DNA of 64,000 nt from assembly GCA_965178125.1 (NCBI GenBank), contig OZ237746.1:1178001-1242000 (forward strand). The letters run 5' to 3'. Both the position numbers and the translations under genes were made by a program. The stretch is from Bilabrum cf. latius. Its lineage: Eukaryota. Within the stretch, counting starts at the first letter, position 1. Each line of letters opens with the position of its first letter. Shown here in pieces: positions 13,369-25,300 of this stretch. The notes beneath the pieces were generated by a model. The model was not told the DNA's origin. It made no database searches and saw only the letters and a list, made by a program, of their open reading frames with translations.

Positions 13369-16014
13369 TCAGTCCGAATCCTCCATAGCGGCAGATGCGC
13401 TCGAGGCAGAGGCCTGCTGTGCCCCAGACCCCTCGCCGCCTGCGCCTGCACCTGCACCTGCCTCTGGCTTGCCCCTCGCATCCTCGCTCAGCGTGTTACC
13501 CGCCAAAATGGGCGCCTGCACCGAGTTGGAGGGCAGCATGGCAGCGGCTTCGGACACGGCCTTGCTGAAATCAGCCTCGGCCTCCTCGTGCTCCTTCGCG
13601 TGCTGCTGCTGCTGCTGCTGCTCGTCGGCATCCATCGGGGCTTGCCCCGCACCATGGCCCGGCTCCGAACTTGCCGATCCCGACCCAGCGCCGCTCTCCG
13701 ACGCACCGCCAGTGGCAGCGCCAGCGGCTGGGGCACTTGCTGCTGCAGACGAAGAGGAAGAGGACGACGAAGAAGCAGCTGCAGATGAGGATGACGATGA
13801 GGATGACGATGAGGACAGGGACGGGGATGGAGCTGGCACAGCTGCCATGGGAGCCGCAGCCGGCTCCGGCACCACCATAGAGCTGCGAGGTCCCCCCACC
13901 CCTTGCTGTGCACTGCTGGCAACCACCTCCCCATGACCATGATCCTGACCATGGGCCAGCACCGGGGCGCTGGGCTTGCTTGCTACCGAAGGCGCCTCCG
14001 TTGCCGCCACAGATGCAGTCGCTGCTCCCTGGTTTGCGTGACCTGTTCCCTGCGTTGTTCCCTGCGAATGCTGCTACGGGGATGCACCACCGCCTGCAGA
14101 GGATACTGCGCTCTTGCTCTTGCTTTCGCCCTCTCCTCCCGCCCCTGCCCCTGCCCCAGTGCCAGTGCCAGCGCTGGCTTGCACCTCCGAGAATGGGCGC
14201 TTGCGGCCGGCCCTAGCCCCACCCTGTGCCTCCCCATCCCCAGCCACAGCCACACTCATATCCATTGCCGCAGCACCTCCGCTGGCCTGTCCCATCCCCC
14301 CTTCATCTTCATCATCTGCATCCTCTCCGTCCTCCATCGCAGCGCTGGCCGCCGCACCCGACCCCGCCCCGCTGCCCTTGCCCCCTGCCCCCGCCCCCGG
14401 AACGATCCTGCCGCCCACCTGGTCCTCGTCCTGCCTGTCCTGGTCCCTGCTGTCGTCGAAGAACTCCCCCTCGTGCGCCTTTCGGTCCCCCCCGTAGGGC
14501 CTCTCGTCCGGGGACTCCCCCTTGGTGTCCTCGTCCTGGTCCCCCAGGTCCTTGATGGCCCGGGGGGCGGTCTCGTAGGGCACGCTCGGGGGCCCGTCCA
14601 GCGCCCGGAGGCTCTCCAGGAGGGCCACCCTGCACCGCTCCAGATACTCCTTGGAGTTCAGGTTCTCCATCGAGGCCGGGGTCAGGTGCAGCCGATAGTC
14701 GGGCCGGAAGTACTCCACGTAGTCGTTGGGCGGGATGGCATCCGAGATGGGGCTGTCCAGCAGCACGCTCGTCTCGTAGGCCCAGCACCTCGCCACGTTG
14801 CGGGCCGTGTACCCGCCCCCGCCCAGCACCAGGGTAGGCAGCCCGAAGGACTTGACGAATTTGACGCACTCGGCGTGCCCCTTGATGGTCATGTTCCAGC
14901 AGCCCAGCCTGTCCCCCGTCAGGGAGTCGGCCCCGCACTCGAGCACCACCGCCTCGGGCTGGAAGCGGTCCATGACCTTCTGAATGATGGGCTTGAAGAT
15001 GCTCTCGTAGCTCAGATCGTCCATTCCCTCCCGCAGCGGGAAGTTCAGCGAGTAGTGCTTGCCCTTGTTTGTGCCCACGTCGCGGATATCCCCCGTGCCC
15101 GGGAAGAAGTTCCCGTACTTGTGGAAGGACACGGTCATGACCCGGTCCGTGGTGTAGAAGGCCTCCTCCACGCCGTCCCCGTGGTGGATGTCGATGTCGA
15201 TGTACAGCACCCGCCTGTGGTACTTGAGCAGCTCGAGGATGGCCAGCACGATGTCGTTCACGTAGCAGAACCCGCTCGCCTCGGACTTCTTGGCGTGGTG
15301 CATCCCGCCGCTCCAGTTGATCGCGATATCGGTGTCGCCTGAATTCAAACGAATGGCTCCGTCCACGGACCCGCCCGTGTACAGCCGGCAATACTCGTAT
15401 AGGCCGTCAAAGGCGGGGCAATCCGTGCATCCGCCCACGTTGACTGCGCAAGGGGCGAGAAATAGAAGGGCTTCTTGTGGGATCACACTCGGATTGTGGT
15501 GCGTTTTGACAAATGAAGTACATTTGAGCGTGGACATATGCACCGGTCCTTCTCACATTTTTGCATGAGCGCCCCGAACTCGCTCTCGTTCCCAGGGGTG
15601 ATCTTGGACAGGTAGTCGATGTAGTCGTCCCGATGAAACTCAGCCATTTCGCTGTGTGTTGCCTTGTGGGGTCTCTGCAAGCAAGAACGCAGGCAATGGT
15701 CTCAAATTCGGCGGTGCGATTGCCGATCCTGGTGCGGAGCTGGAGCACCTCAGTCGGCGACGTCGAAACTCACGTAGACCTGCAGCTTGCGATACATACC
15801 GTAGCTCAGCACCAAATGGTGCGCAAGCTTCAACCTAATAGGCTTCATTGGATGCCCTGGGCCATAGTAGTAGTGGCCAATGTCCCCTGCGATACGGATA
15901 GTTGCACAGGACAGAGTCCACGCAGTCGATACATGCAGCGGGTGAAAATCAGTGTATATCGTGCAGTCCTGCCGCACCCTGGTAAAAATACGAGACTCTT
16001 CGCTTCGCAGACAT
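13369..16014 (-). CDS. Class I (RPD3/HDAC1-3 family) histone deacetylase with long acidic tail, ~780 aa; join(16014..15978,15886..15774,15674..15557,15443..13369)
   Basis: Motifs [54 protein letters not shown] and GGGGYT. Three introns restore the frame. TAG at 14074-14076 continues in frame into ORF 13369..14010, which ends TGA. Confidence 0.93.
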
Positions 16015-16150
16015 AGTGTAACGTCTAGATTAGGCCAAAGATAGGCCAAAACCGGTCGAGCATCCGATTCAAGGTAACGTGACATCACGTTTACACATTT
16101 ATGAACGTTCGCTGAGGCCACCTCACTTCGATCAAAATTACTTGTCTAGA

Positions 16151-16735
16151 ATGATCAGCGATGGACTTGCAAATAAGTTGAAGCAACTTGGTTCTTTTAT
16201 GGTCGGGTATTCAACTCATCCTGATGTAAAAAAGCAATAGGATACGCTAGGCGATCATTTGGGGACAAATATTCCATTTGTCAGGTGTGATGCATCCGAA
16301 ATGGAACGGTCTACGTGCGAGAGGGTCGGTGTATCGAACCAAGAGCATCCTCCAGTGCTTGTTGTGGCGGGGGAAGGCTATCTTGGGCACACGCCGGTCA
16401 AAGTGCTCGAGGAGGCCGCCGAGATGCCGCAGCGTGCATTGGATGCTCTGAAAGCGGCCGATGCGAAGCTGTATGGGAGAGACTCGTGTATCTGGACACG
16501 GCGTTAGATAGCAATTCTGGGTGATGACTACAAGAAGTACGTGACATCGATCGACTGCCAGGAGAATCCGAGTAGGTGCCAATCGGAAGGGGTGCAGGGT
16601 GTGCCTACGTGGTAGTTCGGCAGCGGCAAGGACAAGGTTCAGATGCCTGGTTTCCGGTTCCTGGGCGACCTGCTTCGCATCTCCAAGGAACAGACCGGCT
16701 CGCGCAGTGGCCCAGCCTCTGGGGAGGCTAATTGA
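16151..16735 (+). CDS. Protein with two tandem thioredoxin-like domains (VKOR-associated Trx type), degenerate CxxC, 194 aa
   Basis: With TAG=Gln (16238, 16505, 16613) it reads MISDGLANKLKQLG...KKQQDTLG...FVRCD...LKAADAKLYGRDSCIWTRRQIAILG...SIDC...C...GVQGVPTWQF...PGFRFLGDL. This matches the KMYG-x-WC-x-HC-x2-QK-x-LFG...VEC...GYPTW pattern. Ends TGA. Confidence 0.7.
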
Positions 16736-17458
16736 GATTGAGCCACAGGCGGCATCTGCAGATCCCAATGCAGGATGTGCGGCGAGCCACAGCCAACTAG
16801 CCCAGCTCTTTATCACACGGTGCTAGTCCTATGTGATTGATGTGCTACATGGTGCGCATAAGAGTGGCCAGCGGAACGCTTGAATCTCCTAGCACTCCTC
16901 CAAGCGGAGCAGGTGCCACGGGGTGCACTGGGTGTTGGCCTGCCTGCCTGCCTGCCTGCCTGCTTTCCTCTGGGAGATGTCACGAAGTGGCCATGGCCTG
17001 GGGCCAGGAGTTGCTGGAGCTAGTTCATGCCCACCTGTGAACTTCATCTTGCTGCTATTCTCTCAGATGGCTGGCTTTGCGTGCGCGATCGTGCCGCACT
17101 CACCATGGGAGAGTCCAATAGCGCTCGCATTTGGGGGGCATATGTGTGTGGACCATGGTGAAATCACATGGGATTTTTGCAACTTGCTGTCGTGGATAAT
17201 GTAACGCTAACTTGCATCAATTTTCTGCTACGAGGCGACCACGATGCTCGGTCCTTGGTCGCAACAGAGGTTGAACTTCGTTGAACGCCTGCTCCTGGCA
17301 GTGGTTCTAACGTCTCCGGCTTGCGGAAGCCGCCTGCGTAGTCTAAACGACGACGTACAAAATTATCAGCTCGCGAGAAGCGATTCAGCAATTCAGTTCT
17401 CGACTTGAACTTGCGAATCAGCTTGCATCTCAATCAAGCGTGCAGCTCGACCTCATCA

Positions 17459-20400
17459 ATGGCAGCTGATGCCAAGACTAGGCGTACTGGCTGCAGCACC
17501 ACAGTCGTCTATGTTTTCGCCTTTCTGGTAAGTGCAACAGATGCATGGATCATCATGGCCTATTTGAGTCATGTTGGTACGCCTTTATTGAATTGAGCTC
17601 GAGAATTCCCAATACTGTTGTGAATTTCCCCGAGGCCGCACTAATATTCGGTTCTGCTGCCTTCGGCTAGAGGGTCGGTCGTGGCAACATTGGTAGCGCA
17701 ACATGCTTAAAATCTTTCGTATTAGTCAACCATGCCACGCCATGCCGTGCCATGAATTCAAACGATGTCTCGCTGCCATGATGAAAATATTACGGAATCT
17801 GCCTTGTATTGCAGTGTTTTACCCATGTCACGGGATAGGATTATGTCTAGGGGTCACAGGGACCCATAGCATAGATTGACATGATTGCATAGGGCATCTG
17901 GAGTCATGACGTTCATGAATTTGCTCCACAGATTTCTGCCAGTGACGCTGACGCGGATGGCTTCACTGACTATGCCTTCGGCAACAATTTGCGGCACTCC
18001 TGGTCCGGAGAGGTTGTAGTAAAGCTTTCGGGAAATGATTCAAGCGCGAACACGCCGGGAGTGTTTGCTACGACCCGGGCATTCGAGCGGCAGGACTTCG
18101 GCCTTCCGCCTGCTGCTCGCCTTGGTTCTGCCGTGGAGTTCCTGGGCCGGTTCCCGTTCAGCAACAGCACTGCAACGGGGCTGGCCATTGGGGCGGCTGG
18201 GTACTAGTTTTCGAGAGGCAGTGTGGTTGTCGCGGCGCTGCAAAGCTCAGGCGCTGTGCAAAGCCACTGCCTAGTGGTGCCAGGGCAGGACGGGGTGCCC
18301 TCGCTGCCGATCGGGTCTGTCTTCGGGCGCACCATCCTAGGGGGCATGGACCTGGATGGTGACTCGGTGCTAGACCTGCTAGTTGGGACCGCGGCCAGCA
18401 AGGTAGTTGCGGTGCGGCTGGGGGCGGACGGGTGCGCCCTGGGCGGGTCTGTCCTGCCGCAGGCTGCAGGCACTGCCACGGGCGTGTTCGGGAGCAGCCT
18501 TGCGTGGATCCCGGGGGCGGCGGATTCGGGTCTGTCGCACCGTGTGGCGGTGGGGCAGCCGTTTTCCGGCATTGGAAACGATGACGACGGTGCATCGGAC
18601 TTGGACGGGGCCATCTGGATCATGCAGGTGCAAGGCACTAGCGGCAGCTGGGGCGTGAACTGGAGCGTCGTGTCTACGATCGCTCAGGAGAGAGGAGGAT
18701 TAGAATACGTCGCTAGCCCTGACCTAGGCAGCCTCACGCTCGGTGAGCGATTGTCTCCCGCGGGTGACTGGGATGGGGATGGCTGGGAGGACCTTGTGAC
18801 ATTGGACTCGAGGCACAGGACGAACACGCAGACACATCCTGACTCGAGGGGGTCGGCCATCGTGCTGCTGCTGAATGCCACTGGGCACGTGCACAGGTGG
18901 GTCGAGGTCAGCAACAGAGAGGGCGAGTTCACGTCCTCTGGATTCGACCTGGACAGGATGTGGGGGGGCGTGGACAAGGGGCCGGGGCTGCACCAGCTGG
19001 TGCTGGGGGGACATGCGGATGTGGCGGTGGTGCAGGTGAACTTCACCGGGGGCGCGTCACCCAGCCCCAGCCCAAGCACCAGCCCAAGCACCAGCCCGAC
19101 CACCAGCACCAGCCCAAGCACCAGCCCAAGCACCAGCTCGAGCCCAAGCACCAGCCCGAGCCCAAGCACCAGCTCGAGCCCAAGCACCAGCACCAGTCCA
19201 AGCATCAGCACCAGCCCAAGCATCAGCTCGAGCCCAAGCACCAGCTCGAGCCCAAGTGCCAGCACCAGTCCAAGCATCAGCTCGAGCCCAAGCACCAGCA
19301 CCAGTCCAAGCATCAGCACCAGCCCAAGCACCAGCCCGAGCCCAAGCACCAGCCCGAGCCCAAGCACCAGCTCGAGCCCAAGCACCAGCACCAGCCCAAG
19401 CACCAGCCCGACCACCAGCACCAGCCCAAGCACCAGCCCAAGCACCAGCTCGAGCCCAAGCACCAGCTCTAGTCCGAGCCCCAGCAGCAGCCCGTCCACC
19501 TCGCCCACTGCGAGCGTCAGCAGCAGCCCGTCCACGTCGCCCACTGCGAGCGTCAGCAGCAGCCCGTCCACCTCGCCCACTGCGAGCGTCAGCTCCACCA
19601 GCACTCCGCTACCCTCGCCGATCCCCGGGCTGGACGTGATTCCTGAGGTGCTGGACGAACCGCCGCCGCTGCAGGTGCCGGTCCCTGCATCGAGCGACAT
19701 GGTGGTGGTGCGTGTGAACGTGAGCGCTCGGCTGCAGATCCGGTGTGGATCGGCGGCGAATCTGACGGAGGAGCTGCATCAGCTGCAGAACGGGTCGGAC
19801 GATGGTGAGGTGGATCACTCGGGGCTGGCTGGCACGTTGCTGGGAGCGGCATCGTCTGCCCTCGCGCGCGCCAGCCTGGACGCGATCGGGATGCAGGCGG
19901 GGTGGGTGAGTCAGAATGGAGCAGCCGGGGGTGAATTAATGTCTGAGGCGTCCCATGTGCATGGAAGGGCTGTGCTGCACCAGGTGCAGGTCGACGTGGA
20001 TGATCCTATCAGTGGAACGAGCGAGGCGAGCTCGAGCACCGGCTGGGTGATGTGCGCCGTGACTCTGCGCATGTTCCGAGTAGTCAATGTGACGTTCTTG
20101 GCATAGCAGTAGGAGATGCCCACGCCTAACTCCGGTGTCTCTGGTAGGCAGCTGGCGGCGCGAGCGACAATTGGGGCGCTAGGCAATGCATCAGGTGCCT
20201 TGAACGCCACATCGCTGGCGGCTGCTTCGTCCCGCGAGATCGCGGATTGTCTCTCGGACTCGAGCAGCTCGGGGCGGTTTGCCGTTGTGGCTGCGGCAGG
20301 TGCCCCCGCGGTCTTTTCCGTGGCGGTGCGGGAGGGCAGCGGGGCCGTGCGGCTGGACCAGGTCACGAGCGAGGCAGAGGTAACTCGGGTGGCGCCCTAG

Positions 20401-22083
20401 CCGCTGCCTCGGGATGCAGATGCAGATTCTGCGCAAGATGGGGAGTTCTCTGCGCTCATCGTGCTGCTGGTAGTTGTGGGTGCAGTTTTTCTGCTGAGCA
20501 CGGGCCTGGGTTTGCTAGTGTACGCACTGTCTAGAACGGTGCGGCAAAGGAAGCGAGTCAGGGTGCGCAGCGTGACTGGTGCTGGTGACTTGGCTACCAG
20601 CGGGTCCATGCGGCAGCAGAGCAGCACAGACAGCGACACGCGCGGCAGGCCGGGCTTATTCAGCCTACGGCGCAGCGAGAACTCGAGTGTGGCCTCCTCA
20701 GAGCATGACTCCATGGGTTGGATCGCCAGCGGGCGGCGCCTCTTCGGGGGATTGGGCCCCTCCGCTGCAGGTGCTAAGGTGGAGCTGAACCGGTTCAGAT
20801 GGGGGAGGCATGGCGAGGCGACTGGTGCGCAAGGGTGCGACTCCACCGCTGGATCGGCACCCGTGGACGTGTAGGGGTTGCGCCGTGAGTTGGCCAACAG
20901 CCTGCAGCAGTCTGCACGCAGCGTGGGGACACCCGAGCCGGGGCAGGATGCGTGGGAGCTCGAGAGGAAGCGGCTGCGAGCAATGTAGGATATGTTCAAA
21001 CCGTATCACAGCACCTCCACAGGGAGCAGCCCGAAAGGGGGCGCGAAGGTGCAAATAAAAAGAGCGTGGGGGCGTGATTCCTACGGGGGGTCCATCGGTG
21101 GTGGCGAGCCCAGGGCTATCGGCGGTGGCAAAGCCGGCGGAGAGGTGCGGGGTGCGGTCGGCACAGGCCTTTGTCCTGGTATTTTGCAGGGGCAGGGACG
21201 CAGCCAATCCCAGAGCAATGCCCCAGGGCCGCCTGCTGGTCAACACGCAGCGTGGGGTGCTGGCCGATGCGGCACATCTGCGGACGGGCTCGTGGAGGGG
21301 GGCAGCAAGCAGCAGGAGATAGGGCATTAGCAAGAGAGGGTCGAGCTTGTCAAGGGGTCCGGGAGGCTCGCGTAGGTGGAAGCACGGGCCAGAGCAGGCA
21401 AGGATATCAAGGATGTCAAGGATAGCAAGAATGGCCAGCGCGCAGGCAGGTCTCAATGGCCCGTGGTACGACTGGAAGCTGGGAAGCAACGGTAGGGCGG
21501 GGGCGTGGAATTGGAGGGCAGCACGAGACGGGCGATGGACTTATCCGACGGTGGTCTCTCTGAGGACGACGACTCTCTGTTCTCTAGCCATTCCGACTCC
21601 CAATCGATGAGATAGGAGGGGCCGGGCGCTGAGGCCAGTGGAAAGAAGGGAGCCAGAGGCAGCTAGAGAAGGAGGGCACGGAGGGCACGGAGGGGTTCGG
21701 CCGACGCGAGCGGAACGCGCGACTTGCAGTGCGCTGCACCCGGTGTAGAGGACGAGGAGGACGAAGCGGACCATCGCGTGCAGGCAGCGGTTGTGGAGGG
21801 GCTCTTGCGGATGGAAACTGGGGCCACGGGGGTTACGGGGTGCACGGGGGAGTCATGGGGAACAAGGACCGGTGGCGCACCTCTGCGCTGCAATGCGGTG
21901 CATGCGTGCGTGGAGGTGCCGGTGGGCGCGGCGGAAGCCGAAGATGCCTGGTAGAGCGCGGCGAAGGTTGGTCGTGTGGCCGGGGGTGTCTCCTGGAAGG
22001 GAGGCAAGGTATTGCCCCTGGCAGGAGGAGAGGTGGAGTGGGACGCGATCTGGGCGGACCTGAAGGACCAGGCTGGTCATTGA
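17459..22083 (+). CDS. FG-GAP (integrin-alpha-like propeller) single-pass membrane protein with Ser/Pro/Thr stalk, copy 1; 5' exons approximate, main exon 17932..22083
   Basis: FG-GAP motifs ([35 protein letters not shown]), SPST stalk, TM helix near 20450-20530. ORFs 17989, 18223, 20116, 20461, 20992 and 21724 are in one frame joined by 12 TAGs. Ends TGA 22081-22083. Confidence 0.8.
19060..19600 (+). repeat. Coding tandem repeat (~12/18-bp units such as AGCCCAAGCACCAGCTCG) encoding a mucin-like SPST stalk
   Basis: Degenerate tandem array visible directly in the sequence. Confidence 0.9.
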
Positions 22084-22366
22084 AGTTTGTCCGGAGAGGA
22101 CTAATGTCGCAGCGAATTTCGCTGCTTGAAATGAATGTTGTGCATTGCATGTATGACCAGGTTTGGAATGCGTTGCAGCGCGACCAGGGGGATGCAAGCG
22201 ACCGCCGCCGGCGGACTCGGGGGACTCCTCGGAGCGGTTACAACCGCGCTGCGCTGCGGTGAAGAGAAACGGAACAAAGACAAGTCTCCACGGCGTAATC
22301 TTAACGAAAAGCTCGAAATGCGTGATTACCCCAGCGAATCACAAAGCTGACCACTTCGCGTTCCTA

Positions 22367-25300
22367 ATGGCACGATTACGGTGGTTGTTTCAGGTAGCCG
22401 TCTACTGCTGTGCAACCCTGCAGGCTCGGACTACAGTAGTCGTTTCAGCGTTAGCCGTGAGAATTACTCGCGTTGCCGCGAACCCAATGCGTATGATACG
22501 GTCTTCCCTTATAGTTTTGTTGTTTCTGTGCTAGTTTGGGCCTATCTGCGGTTTGATGAACATTGCCGCATCTGCAGCGGCTTGTGATGCCTCCTTTCTG
22601 CGCCAATTTCGCCTGATATATCAAGCTTTAGCATAGATATCCTAGGACATGAAACAAGCATCATATTTGTGTATTTGAATGTCGCCGTTTCTTCCATTTG
22701 CAGCGGCAGCTTGTTGCCGAGCCCGATTCGGTAGCAATGCTCGCCGAGGACCTGTGGCCGACTAGCCTCTAGTTTGAGTATGCGCCTCAAATCTCTGCCT
22801 ACGACTTTGATCGGGACGGTTTCGCTGACTATGCCCTGTCGTATTTCATGCACGGGACAACGAAACACGGCAGCCTCTTGCTCAAGCTTACCGGCAACTC
22901 GTCCTCCGCCGGCCAGATTGGGCAGTTTGCAGCAACAGTATCCTTGCCTGGCGGAGCCTTTTCTCTTCCCACCTTCGCCCATTTTGGCTCCGAGGCGGTT
23001 TTCCTGGGGCCACTCCCCCAGGCGGACAGCTCTACGGAGGGCCTGGCTGTGGGCGCCCCCGGGTACGACACGTTCAGGGGCCGAGTGGTGGTGTTCACGC
23101 TGAGCGCCAGCTCGGGGGCCGTGCAGGACCACTGCATGCTGCAGAGCGGACAGGGCCGCGTCCCAACGCTCCCTGCCAGCGCCTGGTTTGGCACATCCGT
23201 GCAGCCTGGCCCGGACCTGGACGGGGACGGGAGACGAGACCTGCTTGTGGGGAGCATAACACAGAGGGTGTTCGCCGTGCAGATGACCCCCGGGGGGTGC
23301 GATGGGAACGTGACCCAGCTGCCGGACCTGGGAGGGGGCATGAACCAGGGGCTGTTCGGGACATCGGTGGCCTGGTTGCCTGCAAGGGCAAATGCTGGGG
23401 CGGGGAACGGGTCTATGTTGCACCGTGTTGCGGTGGGGCAGCCATACGTGGCCGTAGGCGGGTATGGTGAGCTAGGAGTCATCTGGATCATGCAGGTGCA
23501 GGGCACTAGCGGCAGCTGGGGCGTGACCTGGAGCGTCATGTCCAAAATATCCCAATCCATCGGTGGATTCGGGCTTGCTCTAAACCAAGACGGCGTCAAC
23601 CTGGGCGTGGATCTCGCCAACATTGGAGACTGGGACGGGGATGGATGGGAGGACATGGCAGCGCTCGCACCGGGGCTAGTGACCAACACGGATACGAGCC
23701 CAAACTCGAAGGGAGCTGCGTTCGTGCTGCTGCTGAATGCCACTGGGCACGTGCACAGGTGGGTCGAGGTCAGCAACAGACATGGCGAGTTCACGTCCTC
23801 TGGATTCGACCTGGACAGGATGTGGGGGGGCGTGGACAAGGGGCCGGGGCTGCACCAGCTGGTGCTGGGGGGACATGCGGATGTGGCAGTAGTGCAGGTG
23901 AACTTTACAGGGGGCGCGTCACCCAGCCCCAGCCCGAGCACCAGCCCGAGCACCAGCCCGAGCACCAGCTCGAGCCCAAGCACCAGCTCGAGCCCAAGCA
24001 CCAGCTCGAGCCCAAGCACCAGCCCGAGCACCAGCTCCAGCCCGAGCACCAGCTCCAGTCCGAGCACCAGCTCCAGCCCGAGTACCAGCTCCAGCCCGAG
24101 TACCAGCTCCAGCCCGAGCACCAGCACCAGCCCAAGTACCAGCTCGAGCCCAAGCACCAGCTCGAGCCCAAGCACCAGCTCGAGCCCAAGCACCAGCCCG
24201 AGCACCAGCTCCAGCCCGAGCACCAGCTCCAGCCCGAGTACCAGCTCCAGCCCGAGTACCAGCTCCAGCCCAAGCATCAGCACCAGCCCAAGCATCAGCT
24301 CCAGCCCGAGTACCAGCTCCAGCCCGAGCATCAGCTCCAGCCCGAGTACCAGCTCCAGCCCGAGCACCAGCACCAGCCCAAGTACCAGCTCGAGCCCAAG
24401 CACCAGCTCCAGCCCGAGCACCAGCTCGAGCTCAAGTACCAGCTCCAGCCCGGGCAGCAGCTCGAGCCCAAGCAGCAGCTCGAGCCCAAGCACCAGCACC
24501 AGCCCAAGCATCAGCTCCAGCCCGAGCCCCAGCCCCACCAGCACTCCGCTACCCTCGCCGATCCCCGGGCTAGACGTGATTCCTGAGGTGCTGGACGAGC
24601 CGCCGCCGCTGCAGGTGCCGGTCCCTGCATCGAGCGACATGGTGGTGGTGCGTGTGAACGTGAGCGCTCGGCTGCAGATCCGGTGTGGATCGGCGGCGAA
24701 TCTGACGGAGGAGCTGCATCGGCTGCAGAACGGGTCGGACGATGGTGAGGTGGATCACTCGGGGCTGGCTGGCACGTTGCTGGGCGCGGCATCATCTGCC
24801 CTCGCGCGCGCCAGCCTGGACGCGATCGGGATGCAGGCCGGGTGGGTGACTGCAGTGGGTGAGGCCGGGACCCTGCCGCCGGTGGTTGGGACTGAAGGAG
24901 CCACAGGGCGTGCCTCTGTGGACGTGCTTGGGATCGAGGTGGATGGCGGCGATGGTGGGGCCACCGGCTGGCTGCAGTGCCGCTTGCAGCAGACCGTCGC
25001 TGCATCAAGCAACCTGACCAGAGCGAGTGCTGGCACTAGCGCCGCCGCAGAGGCTGGCCGCAGTAGCAGTACTCGGTCCCGCCGGTTGCTCAGGCCAGGC
25101 ACCGAGAGCCGAGCCGCCGCTCCGGCAAATCCAGGGAATATGACAGAGATAGGTCAGTCCATCTCCCGCGAGATCAAGGACTGCCTCTCGGACTCGAGCA
25201 GCTCGGGGCGGTTCGCCGTTGTGGCTGCGGCAGGTGCCCCCGCGGTCTTCTCCGTGGCGGTGCGGGAGGGCAGCGGGGCCGTGCGGCTGGACCAGGTCAC

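Noticed and set aside
16800-17440. Possible small minus-strand gene with a GTGAGT donor near 17103
   Set aside because: No frame or splice combination gave a recognisable protein. Left unannotated.
19060-24545. SPST arrays as CRISPR-like or satellite elements
   Set aside because: No unique spacers. Units are multiples of 3 and lie in frame within membrane-protein genes.
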